A DNA stretch of 64,000 bases from Klebsormidium nitens. Lineage: Eukaryota; Plantae; Klebsormidiophyceae. The translations under genes were made by a program, and so were the position numbers. The notes below the pieces were generated by a model. The model made no database searches, was not told the origin of the DNA, and worked only from the letters and a program-made list of their open reading frames with translations. Positions 51,638-63,036 of the stretch are shown piece by piece (position 1 is the stretch's first letter; the number at the start of each line of letters is the position of its first letter). The stretch lies in assembly GCA_000708835.1 (NCBI GenBank), contig DF237239.1, forward strand, positions 47,446-111,445, read 5' to 3'.

Positions 51638-52829
51638 TCAGCTCTCACTGATGCCAGTGGGATAAGAGAAGAAACCTCTGTCGAGCAGTACTGTAAGGGG
51701 ATTGCTCTTCTGTGGAGCCGTTCTTTTGAAGAAGACCGGAAGGAAAGGGGGAACGCAGCGAGCGCCATCAACGGAACAATCATAGTGCGCGACTCCACCC
51801 TCCTCGGCGTCGCCCTCCCCTCCCTCGTCCTCCAACCCCTTCCTTACTTTTATGCCCCGCTCTAGCATCGTTCGCAGAGCGTCATCGTCACTATCACTAT
51901 CCGCGTTCTCAATATCCTCGTCGCTCTCGTTCCCTGTCGTCGCCCTCCGCTCCTTTCTTTCTTCGCCTTAGTTGCGGAAGGCGCCCCCGCATCGGAGTCC
52001 TCGTCCGAGCTGTTCCCGCCCTTGCCCTGCTTCCGGCCGGGCTTCTGCAGACCGGAACGGAATGGGTTCAGTCGCGATTTGATACTAAAGTCGTTATGAT
52101 ATTCTCTGATTCAGGAAGATGTAGACGCTTGGATAGTCACTGGGCAACCAGAGAAACATTTGGACTTTTTGTTTTTAGAAAACGGGGCGCCTTCTGCCCG
52201 AAACGATGGAGAGGATGAAGGGCGTCCTTCTCTGACCTACCGATGGGCTATTCCGGCACGTACCAGCTGCAGGTCGACCGCGGAAGAAAAAGATTTCAAG
52301 CCCTGTGAAAGTGCCCCATACAGCCTTCAACATCGAACCGCTACGTGTCTAAACTGACAGCGGACTGCTCTGACTGCTGGAACCCCCCTGAAAGGCCTAG
52401 CACGAGGAAAAGGCAGTGTAAGCCGTAGATATCTCATCTTTCCGACTTCTCCATAATATGACCTCGACAAGAACGGCGTCCTTCGAGCGAGTGGAGAGAG
52501 GAAGACCGCCAAGAGAATCACAAACCCCATTCGGAATGGATCCAGGACAGAAGTTGGGGATGGATTCAACCAGAATGGGACTCAAAAGTCCCCACCTTGG
52601 CCGCCTTGGCTGCGTAAACGTTGTAAAAGAAAGCGTCGTTCGCCGTGAGCCGGCTCTCCTCCACTGCCGCAGATGCGTCACCTCCCCCGAGCAGGTGCGA
52701 TCGCGCGGCGTGGCCCTTCTGCAGCGGCTGGATGAGCGAGGCGCCCTCGACTGATCCTGCCGCCTTGACGGCGCGAGGCTTCTTCTCGACGAAGCGGTCG
52801 AAGAAGATGCTCCGGGCGAGGTCCCCGTC
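51638..52829 (-). pseudogene. Fragment resembling the C-terminal part of NOC1/MAK21/CEBPZ (CBF-domain ribosome biogenesis factor)
   Basis: Exon 52829-52596 reads DGDLARSIFFDRFVEKKPR...GASLIQP...NDAFFYNVYAAKAAK, like the family motif D-L-L-xFLDKFxEKKPK...EDxxFHKFY as I recall it. Exon from 52044 is basic then acidic (SSDEDSD, GNESDEDIENADSDSDDD) with a frame break near 51960. There is no room for the N-terminal two-thirds because GT61 ends at 53341. Confidence 0.55.
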
Positions 52830-53340
52830 CTACAGCTGTGAGAAGAGGGGGGGGGAGAAGGGAGTGTGAGCCGGAGAAGCGTATCAATTTTCTGGATTCT
52901 TTCAAGGGCTGCTTTTTTGCTGGCTGAAAAGTAGCGGTCCAGGAAGGATGGGTCACGAGAGACACTCCTGTTGAGACCCATGTTGAATAATAAGACGAGG
53001 CGCTGTTCGAGTGGCTGGACAGGGAGTAGTTCAAAACGAGACCTGCAGGAGGCCCCTTCAATGAATCAACGAAGGCAACCTATCGGTTGCTTTGACAAGA
53101 CACATCGTGCGGATTTTGCGACCGACAGGACAGTGGCACGAACCTGCCAGCCCACCTGTTTCGCACCTGCCGCCGCCCGTCCTCCTCCTGTCTCCGCTAC
53201 TTTGCACCCCCGTAGCTGACGTCACTGTTGGTCCTGCTGAGTGCGCACCGCCGTCACCATCTGCAGCGCTAGGAAAGCTTTCCGTGCTGTTCGAGCACAC
53301 AACCGCCTCACCGTCCTCGTGGGCGGTAGTTCCATTTGTC

Positions 53341-55286
53341 TTACAGTTCCGGCTCTTTCATGGGTGACTTCAATCCCCCACGCCCCCTCTTGAGAATAGC
53401 AAGGGCCTCATTCACAAGTCCTTGAAATGTCTTCTCCGGTAAATCCACGTCCGCAAAGTGGTACATGAAAAGAGAATCAGCGGGGATGCCTTCCACCGGC
53501 ACCTTGTGGATGGCACTATGATCGTCTACCGTGTATTTCAGATAGGATAGGCCGCTGACAGTGGCCACGGTGTGGTAGAGCCCCCTATCCCGCTGCTTAT
53601 CGTTGTACACCTCGATGACTACTGCGCCAATGGGTGCATGAGGGAGGAGAGCGAATCCTGCACAAGCAGTGTCAGAACTTCAGCTAGTGGGCAGTTGAGA
53701 GCAGCGTGCTCTGAGTCATGGTGGAGTCGACACCCATAACCTGACGCTCTTTTGATGGTTGAGGTGCTTTGGTTTTCGGCTCAAAACAGTCAGCTTGCTT
53801 GTGAGAGTGCCCCTTCCTTTACACAGCAGAAAGGCAGGATCACAAAGCAGCCACCTCAACACAACACTCCAACATAAAGCCAATCACTCATGAGGCAGAT
53901 GACTTCTTGCATGTCATGATTCACAAGCATTCAAACAGCCGAACTGAGATGTCTAGGTTGACACGGCAGCTTCTCTAGTGCTCAGTCACAGGGTCGTCCT
54001 GTGCTGACCAAATGGAGAAGCCAGCTTGAAATAAAAGTTGGCCAACGAAATCAGGGACCAGCTGCTTTGCTCCTAACTGGAACACTCGACATTCCAGACA
54101 TACACCTTGCTTTGAAGCAGGCACAGAAGGTTCAGGCGGCTCACTTTCCAAAGAGATTCTACCTCTCCTTTCACAAGCGAAGGGTTTCCGTACCCTCACC
54201 TGCACCATGGGTACCAAACACAATGGACGCATTCCGCACCGCAGAGATCTGCTCAGACCAGCTCATTGTTGCGCTATGAATGGTGTAGGGTATATGGAGG
54301 GCCCTTGCCAGCTGGGCCCAGTTGTTGATCCTCCGGTTCGCTTCCCGCTTGAGATAAACTAGGGTCGGCCGCTCTGGTAGACGCGGATGCTGTTGTGGGA
54401 GCCCAAAATGCGCCGCAATGAAATCACCATACTCCGTCACAGAAGGGTTGTAAGTGGCCGTCGTGTGACTGCCGCAACCCCACTTGTAAGAAGTGCGCAT
54501 GAGGGTAAGCTCCTGAAAACACTTGCGGTCAGAGAAATGTCTCCAATCAGCAGTCTCCGACTGCTTGAAAGCATAGTACAACTCCGGCAAGCCGCGTTCT
54601 GTCAGAGAGGGCATGTCGAACTTGTCGATTATTGCGATTCGCCGGCCAGAACAATTCCCCCAACCTCGAAGTCGCATGTTTTGAAAGAGGGGATAAATAT
54701 CCATGGCGCTGTCCTCAAACAGGTTTTTGGTGCGGGATCGATCCAGCAAAATGGTAGGCATTTTGTCAAAGCCCTCCTTTCCCGGCACTACCCCCTCCTC
54801 AGCGGATAAAATTTTGATTCGGTTTCCGGCAGACCCGCTCTCTAGCTGGCAGCCTTTTGTTGGAGGGTTTGGAATGTGGCAATCGCTGGCAACTTCGACC
54901 AGCCACTTGTCCTGGACGTATCCCGTCGCACTCTGGTTCCTTGAGAAGCAAGCATTGCTAAACACAAAAGAGCAGTGCTCTTCATTGTCACACTGCAACC
55001 CTTCTCGATCAGTTGGCCCATAACCGGGCGTGTTCCAGGGCAGGGTTTCGCAAGCTGCACTGCGGTTATCCAGCTGGAGAAGGCCCCACCTCAAAGCATG
55101 TTCGCTTTTTTGTTTCCCTGAAATTGTCGAATCGAAGAGTAAGTCAATGTACACGCCACCAGCTGAATCATTGCTTCTTAGGCTTGCTAGGCCCAGCGGT
55201 ATTGCCAGGCCCAGGGCGGCCACCAAGAAGATCCAGAAAGTCTGATTATAGACACGTGGTACGCGATCCATCTGCCTGATTAGCAC
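53341..55286 (-). CDS. Glycosyltransferase family 61 (DUF563) type II membrane protein, two exons
   Basis: Exon 1 (55286 or 55271 to 54200) has an N-terminal TM (FWIFLVAALGLAIPLGLA), PTLVYLKREANRRINN and SEQISAVRNASIVFGTHGA. A GT-AG intron 54199-53658 joins G+GA to give HGAGFALLPHAPIGAVVIEVY...LYHTVATVSGLSYLKY, the GT61 HGAG/VIE motif. TAA at 53341. Confidence 0.85.
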
Positions 55287-55729
55287 CTGCTGCTCCGCTT
55301 AGGGCCCCCCGGCCGGGACCCCTTTGTTGATTTCCTGAGGTTGCAATGCACCATATTCACTTCAACAGCTCGCGCTACCTCGAAGGTGCGTTCACTCTTT
55401 AGGTCGCCTTCTTAATGGTTACAATGTCAGAACTTGACAGAGTAAACTTCGTGCAGCACCAGTGCTGCGGAGGGGCATTGCCATTTGCAACCCAATTGAG
55501 AAGAAGATGGATCGAGTTTCTCAATAATAGTGATAGCTGATGGAGCCAACCGTAGTGGTATTCGCCTCGAGGATTACTGCTTTTCCAGCCCAGCTAGCTG
55601 GCAGCTTGCAACTTGCAAGTCGCGACTCCATTATGCAGTGACGCACTGGTGGTCAGTATTATCAACGGTGGCACTGGTTAACCGTACCTATCCAATGAAG
55701 ATGAACAGTCGGCTGAGCTCGGCTCCATA

Positions 55730-55927
55730 CCGGTAACTCTCGTGTGACCTTAAATGGGCGTGTGACCTATAAGATACGTGTACTTACCCGGGGACTTAAA
55801 CTAGAAGACATAACGCAAATAATCCACCCGCTCTGCACCCCAACCCACTCTAACCACCATACTAACCCCACTCGTCCCCCAGGTGCCTATGGGTCACACG
55901 GCTCTTAGGTCACACGAGAGCTATCGG
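55730..55927. mobile_element. ~198-bp MITE-like element with 21-bp imperfect terminal inverted repeats and a telomere-like core
   Basis: Left ccggtaactctcgtgtgacct versus reverse complement of right end ccgatagctctcgtgtgacct. Inner repeats gcgtgtgacctat / atgggtcacacgg. The core matches the CPL intron element. No clear target-site duplication. Confidence 0.6.
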
Positions 55928-56420
55928 ATCGAGTCTCGGCTCCCCCATGAACGAACCGTATAGATTCATGGACCCGGCGGTCTACGATCGACACCGTACA
56001 CGTGGTCATTGTGACACGCGTCCAAGTCAAAATGCCGGAAGTCGGATTCATGTCATGTCGCATACTTATTACTGGGGGAGCCAGTCACAGTGGGAGTCAG
56101 TGGACGCCAGTAAGTTGTGTTGTCATCATTTCGCCGACTCGTACGGTCATACGTCAGAACATATGTTCCAGCTTCCGAAGTCCAACCACCCCAAAAATAG
56201 CCTGGTGACGGTCCGAGAGTCCGAGTCGGACCCGGGACCGGAGTCCGGACTTGACTCCACTGAGGCAAAACGTACAAAACTGGTGAACTCCTTTCGAAAG
56301 TTCGGACGCGGACGGTCTTTGTCCATTGTTTTGGGTAGTACCTACTAGGTACTACCGGCGGGATTGGTATTGGTGGACGGTTTGCACCGTTTAATACGAG
56401 TACGGTAGCAGCCGGGCAGT

Positions 56421-56541
56421 CTCTGTGACATTAGGGTTAAGTCACAAAGTACTGATGGAGTGTTAGGGTTACGCCACTTACTGTGACGGTTTGTTAGGGT
56501 CACGTCACTTCCCTGTGACTGCTCTCAGATTAGGGTTCCAC
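56421..56541. repeat. Four degenerate ~32-bp tandem units each containing TTAGGGT (telo-box-like)
   Basis: TTAGGGT at 56431, 56463, 56494 and 56530, most framed by ctgtgac...cac. A perfect 11-bp-arm palindrome ggtagtaccta-c-taggtactacc lies just upstream at 56334-56356. Confidence 0.6.
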
Positions 56542-57424
56542 TAACGGCTGAGCACTTAGTCCTAGGATTTTGGTTTGGTTAGGACCACCCGGTTGGCAGG
56601 ACGATGAAAAATACCGCAAGTTTTGTCGACCTGACCGACGACAGGAACCGTCCGCGTCCGAACTTTCGAAAGGAGTTCATGCAAGTTTTGTGCCTCTTGC
56701 TCCACTGAGTCCGGCCACTGGTGTTGTTGGATCAGACCGTCGTACGGGGCAACTTTGCGTGCGGAAGCTACCCCCCGGCAACAACGCTCAGATCAGTAGC
56801 GCAGGCCGAAAAGTTGGGCAAAACAACACCTTGACTCGTGAGTTCTCGGCGATCAGGCTGCTCTTGAGAACACCCGCAGCCCGCTCTGAGCCCCTGAGTT
56901 GGGCAGAGGTCGGGACCGATCAATGCCGGTGAAAGTATGCCCGGCCAAGACTGCTGGAGAAGTCAAGTTGAAGTTCATGAGGTACGTGGAGTGAAGGAAG
57001 GAAGGAATCCGGATCACGCAAACCTGGTGTAGATAGAACACAAGATGGTGTAGATAATCCATACCAACTCGGGACCAACTCAAGACCAACTCTCAACCAG
57101 CGTATCAGTGTACGTCTTGAGGTAAAAGGTCGCTAGTAATGAAGCAGAGCTCGGACAGGCTTGGAAGCTGCAAATCCTCCCTGTAATTGAACAGGCTGCT
57201 GGGACATGAACCCATGTACTGGATGAGCTTGGCCCCGCGGCCATGTGTAACCCTTGCAGTCGATCACTGTTCCGTCTGGGTATGAAAAGCAGCCTGTCCG
57301 ACCCTATACAGCTTGTCGATAGTCCGCTTCTCCGTCCCACCTCCCTTCATTGACATCAGGGCTCTCTCCATTCGCCCTCTAAGAGCCTTCGACCGCAAGA
57401 TTGCTATTTCCTCAAATCTCCAGC

Positions 57425-60400
57425 ATGAAGCCGTGGTCGTCCACTGCAGCTCATGTGGGCTTCCTGACCCTCTTCGTCCTTTGCTTGGGCACCGGCCCCC
57501 TTGCCCATGCCCAGGACACTTGCGCCAGCAGTCCCCACACCGCATCCATTACTTGCACCAGGGACTGCAGCATGGAGTCTAACACCGGTAATCTGCTGGT
57601 GCAAAACGACTTTCTATCTGCAGCTGCAGGAACACTACAGCGGCAAGGGGGCACTTTTCCGCAGTGTTGCTCCGACTGTGCTGCCGCTGCCCCGTCTGAG
57701 TGTGTCCTCTGGAATATCGAAGCCGGTAGTGGCTTCGGAGATAACGCACAGACCGCCATTGGGGACTGTTATTTTTGACGGATGCCACCTGCGCATCTGG
57801 AGCCACGGTACTCAGCAACTATCCGCCGGGAATGTATGGCGGACGCCCCTGCCCAATGACAGTGACTCAAGATTCGCATTGCAATGTGGGGGGGATTAAA
57901 ATCTGACTTCCATGGTACGCCAACCCCAAAACTGTTTGGCCGCAAAGTTGATTGTTGCTATCCATGAGCAGAGTGAAGGAGCAGACTTGAGTTGCATTGG
58001 GCCACCTGATGCTTTTCAAAAGCAGGGTCAAAAATGGAGCAGTTATGCTCCTTGCTTGTTGCGTGCCCGATCTGTGTAGGCTAATGCACTAGAAAGAGTG
58101 CGCCTACTAACTGTGGAAGCAATTGTGGGTAACCCCTTTGACAGCTTTTCAGAGTAAGGCCCGCTTATAAATCATGTTGAAGTAACCACCATCACAACAC
58201 TACCTCATCCTGTGTCAGGGCAAAGCAAGAAGAGTTCTCATAAAGCAAGGGGTGTGGTCCTTTGCAGGCATTGCTGGCTTTTGGTATGCCTTCTTGACTG
58301 ACATCGGTCTTCAGGTGAGAGCTCCATTCCTTTGAAAGTCCTGGCCTGCCATGATTCTCGCAAAGTCTATTCCCTAGCATCTATGATAATGATGAGGTCA
58401 CGGCAAGCTTTGCGATGATGGCCCAATTGACGTCCACAACTCCAGTGAAGGTATTCTTGAAGGTACATACATGTGCAGGCATAAGCCGAATCTGCAGTGG
58501 TGTTGTTTCATGGGTTCTAAACATGCCTACGGACAGTAGTTACCGCCAGGCTACGCCCCCCTCTCATAGCAGACAAAGTCCCATAGCAATCACCATGGTC
58601 TTTATGGGAAGCTGTCTTGAGTTCCTTTCCAAGATAAAGCCCCTAGGTTCACAAGCCTTAGCAAAGCAGCTGAAAGCCCTCTTGACTACTTTTCGAACGC
58701 AGGGTCTTTAATCAACAATTGACTGCACCCATCTTTGCAGATCAATGCCAAGCTAGTCGGACCGATCGCCGAGTGCCCTGAGAAGATGACTTGGCTGGAG
58801 GAAGTGGGTTCAATGCAGATCTCTTTACTCCAATCGAACTCATACCATCCACGTCTCCTGAAAGTCACGACTGCCTGCAAAGCTTTGAACTGAAGTTCAG
58901 TGTAGTGACAAATGTGCTCCGAGCTTCCAAACTCCATATAACCCGTCCGGCCAAGTGGAATTCACTTGAGGAGCCTCCCTTTTCCGTGTCAGATGCACAA
59001 AGTGGGCTTATTGGGAATCATATGCAGCAACGCTTTCATGTTTGTGTAAATGATGCTTGCTTGTCCCAAGCCTTTCCTTATGTTGATCGGGACCACTACG
59101 ATGCAGATTGCGGTGGTCTGGATCGACGAATCTGGCAAGAAGCGTTCATTGGCGGTCAAGATCGACCAAGAAGCAAACTGGTACGAACAAGACGTCTTCC
59201 AGTTCGAGAGTGATGAACAGAGCGTCGAAGCTCCAGCACCGGTGAGAGTTTTGGAAACTCTGTCGCTTTTCCCGATTGCTTGATATTCTGCCTGGCCATT
59301 ATCAACTTTACTCATGGCAACTTCGGTCCCTTCGTTCTAATGACGTACGTCTAAATAAAGGCAGTGAAAGCTTCTTTCTTCGGGTGGCAGGTGGGCCTAT
59401 TCTGTCCTTCACATGAATCGTCTGACTTATCTGGCTGATAGCAAAATGTGATCTTGCTTCCAGGTACGAAAGTGAGTTGGCTGAAGGTCACAATACATCA
59501 GTGAAACAAATATGCAGCTGCCAGCCTGTTGAGTCATGCAACGCACAACAGATTGTTGACACCAGTATCGTAAGTAGACTGGGTCCTTCAACCCCACTCT
59601 TGTTGCATCACCGTGGTTCCGGCTCTCCACTGATAAATGAGCCAATGCCCGTGACTGAGCCTTTACCACTTGAGGAACAGTTTCCCGATTGTCAAATGAG
59701 TTCTTGCAATATGAAACTCACGACGGCTGAAGCCGTTTGAAGTTACCTCTTGCAGGCCACCAAGGACGCGAGCTCCATCACGCGCGAACCCGACGTCGCT
59801 TGGATGGCTGACGACGGCTCTGCTTCCGTTTTAAGGGTGCCCAACGAGTGGAACACGTCAGTGTTGTCCGTTCCTGACGTCATCATGGTGCACATCTCGA
59901 GCGACGTTGATGAGTGGATCCAAGGCTCAGCTGACCCTCTGGGAGCTTACGGGAAGTACCTGGATATGTCCATCAAATACGTGAGCTCCGCAACTAGTCA
60001 TCAGATTACCTGTGGTTCATCACGCTTTATTCGCAAACCCTTCCCTCGAATGATTACGCTAGTTGGTCTGGCCTTGGGTAGGGGCACAGAGGGGCCTGTC
60101 GCATCTTGCTTCTAGAGCAGAACGAATTCTCTGGAAAACCGTACCTGACAAGCAGGTTCCACCGCCACGGTGTCTATCGAGTGCTTGGTGGAACCTGACA
60201 TGGCAGGTGCTCTAGACCACAAATCACCGGGTGTTTAAAAACAAAAACCGTGGCACGAAAGCCTTGAAAGTTTCATCTCATCTTCAGGAACCCACTTTCT
60301 CTCACAGGTGCGTCCCCTTTATCCATCCGTGCACGGCATCATCGGCCAAATGCTGCAGCCCAACGCATACGAGATCAAGATGGCCATCGAAACGAGCAAC

Positions 60401-60535
60401 AAAGAGAAGCGGGAGCGCGTCGACGGCGACGATGATCTGTACGAGGTGGCCGGGCTGGCTGACACCGAGTGCCACTTCTGCCGCTTCGACCAGGGTGAGT
60501 GTCAACCAGCTGACCATGATGACGCCTCCATTTGA
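57425..60535 (+). CDS. Secreted protein: signal peptide, Cys-rich PAN/Apple-like module and Root_cap/LEA-like domain; six exons with two compensating frameshifts in exon 1
   Basis: Signal peptide (FLTLFVLCLGTGPLAHA/Q) then CCSDC...CVLW...CYF. Spliced exons 57914|58268-58314|58741-58803|59107-59241|59756-59980|60308-60535 read DFHGIAGFWYAFLTDIGLQINAKLVG...KMTWLEEIAV...VHGIIGQMLQPNAY...GDDDLYEVAGLADTECHFCRF. This parallels plant root-cap proteins as I recall them (FHG...SDxNLQINARFIG...TWIQALG; VHGVLGQTY...GEDKYxTSSLxSTDCxxCxF). The frame breaks in T5 at 57772-57776 and in G7/A4 at 57888-57901. Confidence 0.7.
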
Positions 60536-62039
60536 GGTCGACAGCTGTTTTTCGCGCATTTGAACGCATGTGGCGTATACGAGCCGCAGTTGTCGCTCGA
60601 GTATCTTACCAGAGGATTACATGAGGGCTCCTCCAACCCCCACACTCACAAGCAGCTACGTCCGGGGGACAAAACCAGCCCAACCGCTCAGCCTCCCATC
60701 ATTCAAGCCTCGCTTTCTATTGAGGACTTTGGAACAGTCTTACGGGACTTTCAGACTTCAGAAGCAACCACGGCTTGACAAGGAAATCTTTTGCATCAAA
60801 AGCCTTCTCGTTCAACGGATTCAATATCTGCAGCCCGCTTTGAACGTTCAAGTCCCGAAAGGCTTCCGCTGACCGATTCTGCTGCCCAAGTCGTTACATT
60901 AGTGGTGGTCTTGGTTCATAACGAACGGCTCATGAGGGGCCTGAAGGTCACATCAGTTCATGGACTGCCTCGCTGCTTACAGTTCACAGGCCTTTGAGAG
61001 TCGATCAGTGCATAGGCAGACTCTTCTCTCGAGCGGACTGGTTCGCGCTGCTTCCGTCCCCTCATGATTTATTCTTTTTACTGTAAAGTATTTTGCTGTG
61101 TGGAACTCAGCCCTCGTGTTCGCTCCTCCCCCTCGTCCCAATCCTGTTGCACGTGGATTTGCCTCAACAACACATTCCCAGCTGCCGCAGAAACTACTGT
61201 AAGAATACTCCGATTACGTTTTCAGGTGCCTCGGAGAAGTCTTTGGCAGAAAGCGCATTCTGAAAAGTGCCGTTGCTAGCCCGGAACGATGTGACGAAAA
61301 ATAAGAGCGGCCTCATATCGGGCCCAGTTCGATTCTGGCCAACCAATCATGCTTGGACCCCCTTGGATTCATAGCACGTCTCCGCATAGGCGCCGGGTGT
61401 ATTACTAGGACGCATGATTCCTCTTTATGCTGCATGCAGCTGAAGTAGGTCCTCGTCTGTTCCCCTTGCTTCATTCGGTTGCTTCACTCCTTCGGTTGAT
61501 TCGAGGGGATTACGTAACACGGCAACAACAAGACAAAAAGATTCTGCAGATGCAAGAGGCATGTGGAGGAGGATGAGAGGAAATCGTTGCAGGTTATTTA
61601 CGTGTGGACTGTAAAGAAAAGTGCAGCGTCACGGACTCGATTAGCTGGCAGGTCATTTGTTGATCGAACTCACTGACTCTAAGTCCAAGCGTAGCGACAA
61701 TCGCGTAGTTTATCGATAACACTGCATGAGAGCTCCGTGACATACTTAAAAGTTAAAACCGGTCAAGATCGCCGACTGCCAGGGAACTAACTGTGTCATT
61801 TCGAGCTGTGAGCTGCGCCGAGCCAAAGGCAATACTAATCAATGGATGATTTAAGCAACCGAGTAATGCTTACAACATGGCTCTTCGACATGATTGCAGC
61901 ATAACAATAGGGCATGCCATAATGCATACAACAGACCGTATTCGACTTCAAGCTGATCGGTTGTTATATATGCGTTTTGATGCGCAACTTGCTTGGCAAG
62001 CCTGACATGATGTACGTATTTCACAGGGCGAAATGGCTT

Positions 62040-62350
62040 TTCCCCGGGGCCAGTCCCCGGAGCCTCCCTGGACTCACTCCGGGGAGCAGCCAGGGAAGCG
62101 TACTCCCCGGGGTGCGACCGGACTCCGGGGAACCGGTCCCCGGGGTCGAGGGGCCGGGGACACCCCGTGCTGTCAGTCCCCGGCCTGTCCCCAAGTCCGG
62201 GGACCTGCTCCCCGCCCTGTCCGAGACCCCGGGGACGGCGACTCCGGGGAGCGACTCAGGGGAAGCCGTCCACGGAGTCTGGGCTCTGTGTCCCCGGACA
62301 TGCGACTGGTCCGGGGACAGCCACACCGGGGACGAGACTCGGGGAGCGAC
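62040..62350. repeat. GC-rich low-complexity tract of CCGGGG/CCCCGG motifs
   Basis: Dense CCGGGG and CCCCGG motifs (e.g. ccggggac, gtccccgg) in both orientations within ~310 bp, against a lower-GC background. Confidence 0.6.
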
Positions 62351-62702
62351 TTTTTGACGTCATTGCGGGCCTTCGCCCGTGGCAGCAAGCAGGCAAAGAT
62401 GCTAAAGGGATAGATCAAGCTAGAGGCCAGCCGAGATTCAGCACAAGAGTGCAACAGGGAATCCTCACTGAGTTGCTAATTATATATATCGGATACGAAG
62501 CAGGACTTGAAACAATTATCAAGCACAGAAAAGGAAAGAAGCATACTGTAGACGGAAAACGAAACGGACGGATCAGAAATTTTGGAATGGTTGATCGACA
62601 AGTCTGCAATTCCGGCCGCATCATTCTGCTAAAGCGCATGCTATATATATAACCGTGATGCAATCGTACGCGGCATGGACTGGTTCAATCAGGCATGCAA
62701 TC

Positions 62703-63036
62703 TGAGCGGGGACAAGGAGAATCGGTACCGGACGGAAGCTAAGGCTAGGGGCTGTTGGAACCGTGAACAGTGACGTCAGCTTTAGGTTGCTACGTCTTCG
62801 TGTCTACATCGGCCGTTCAAATGTCACCTACACAGCATCCGACGGCAAAAGTTGCGTTTGTGAATCCTAGCACTCCGTATTTAGCAATGTGCATATCAGC
62901 CGATAACCACTCCCACAGGATCTATCGATCTAACGCTTCAGAACCAGAGAGGTGTAACTTTGGGTTGAGAAACCGCGAATCTAACAGGCCCCAGCCTTAG
63001 CTTCCGTCCGGTACCGATTCTCTTTGTCCCTGCTCA
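62703..63036. mobile_element. MITE, 334 bp, ~54-bp terminal inverted repeats, 3-bp target-site duplication ATC
   Basis: Left arm tgagcggggacaaggagaatcggtaccggacggaagctaaggctaggggctgtt (62703-62756) pairs with right arm aacaggccccagccttagcttccgtccggtaccgattctctttgtccctgctca (62983-63036). ATC flanks both sides (62700-62702 and 63037-63039). Confidence 0.85.

Noticed and set aside
55947-56348. 133-aa ORF inside the repeat-rich tract
   Set aside because: No recognisable domain; the sequence is palindrome-rich and looks like mobile-element debris.
56421-56541. CRISPR-like appearance of spaced repeats
   Set aside because: Eukaryotic context, degenerate units, no constant repeat with unique spacers, and no cas genes.
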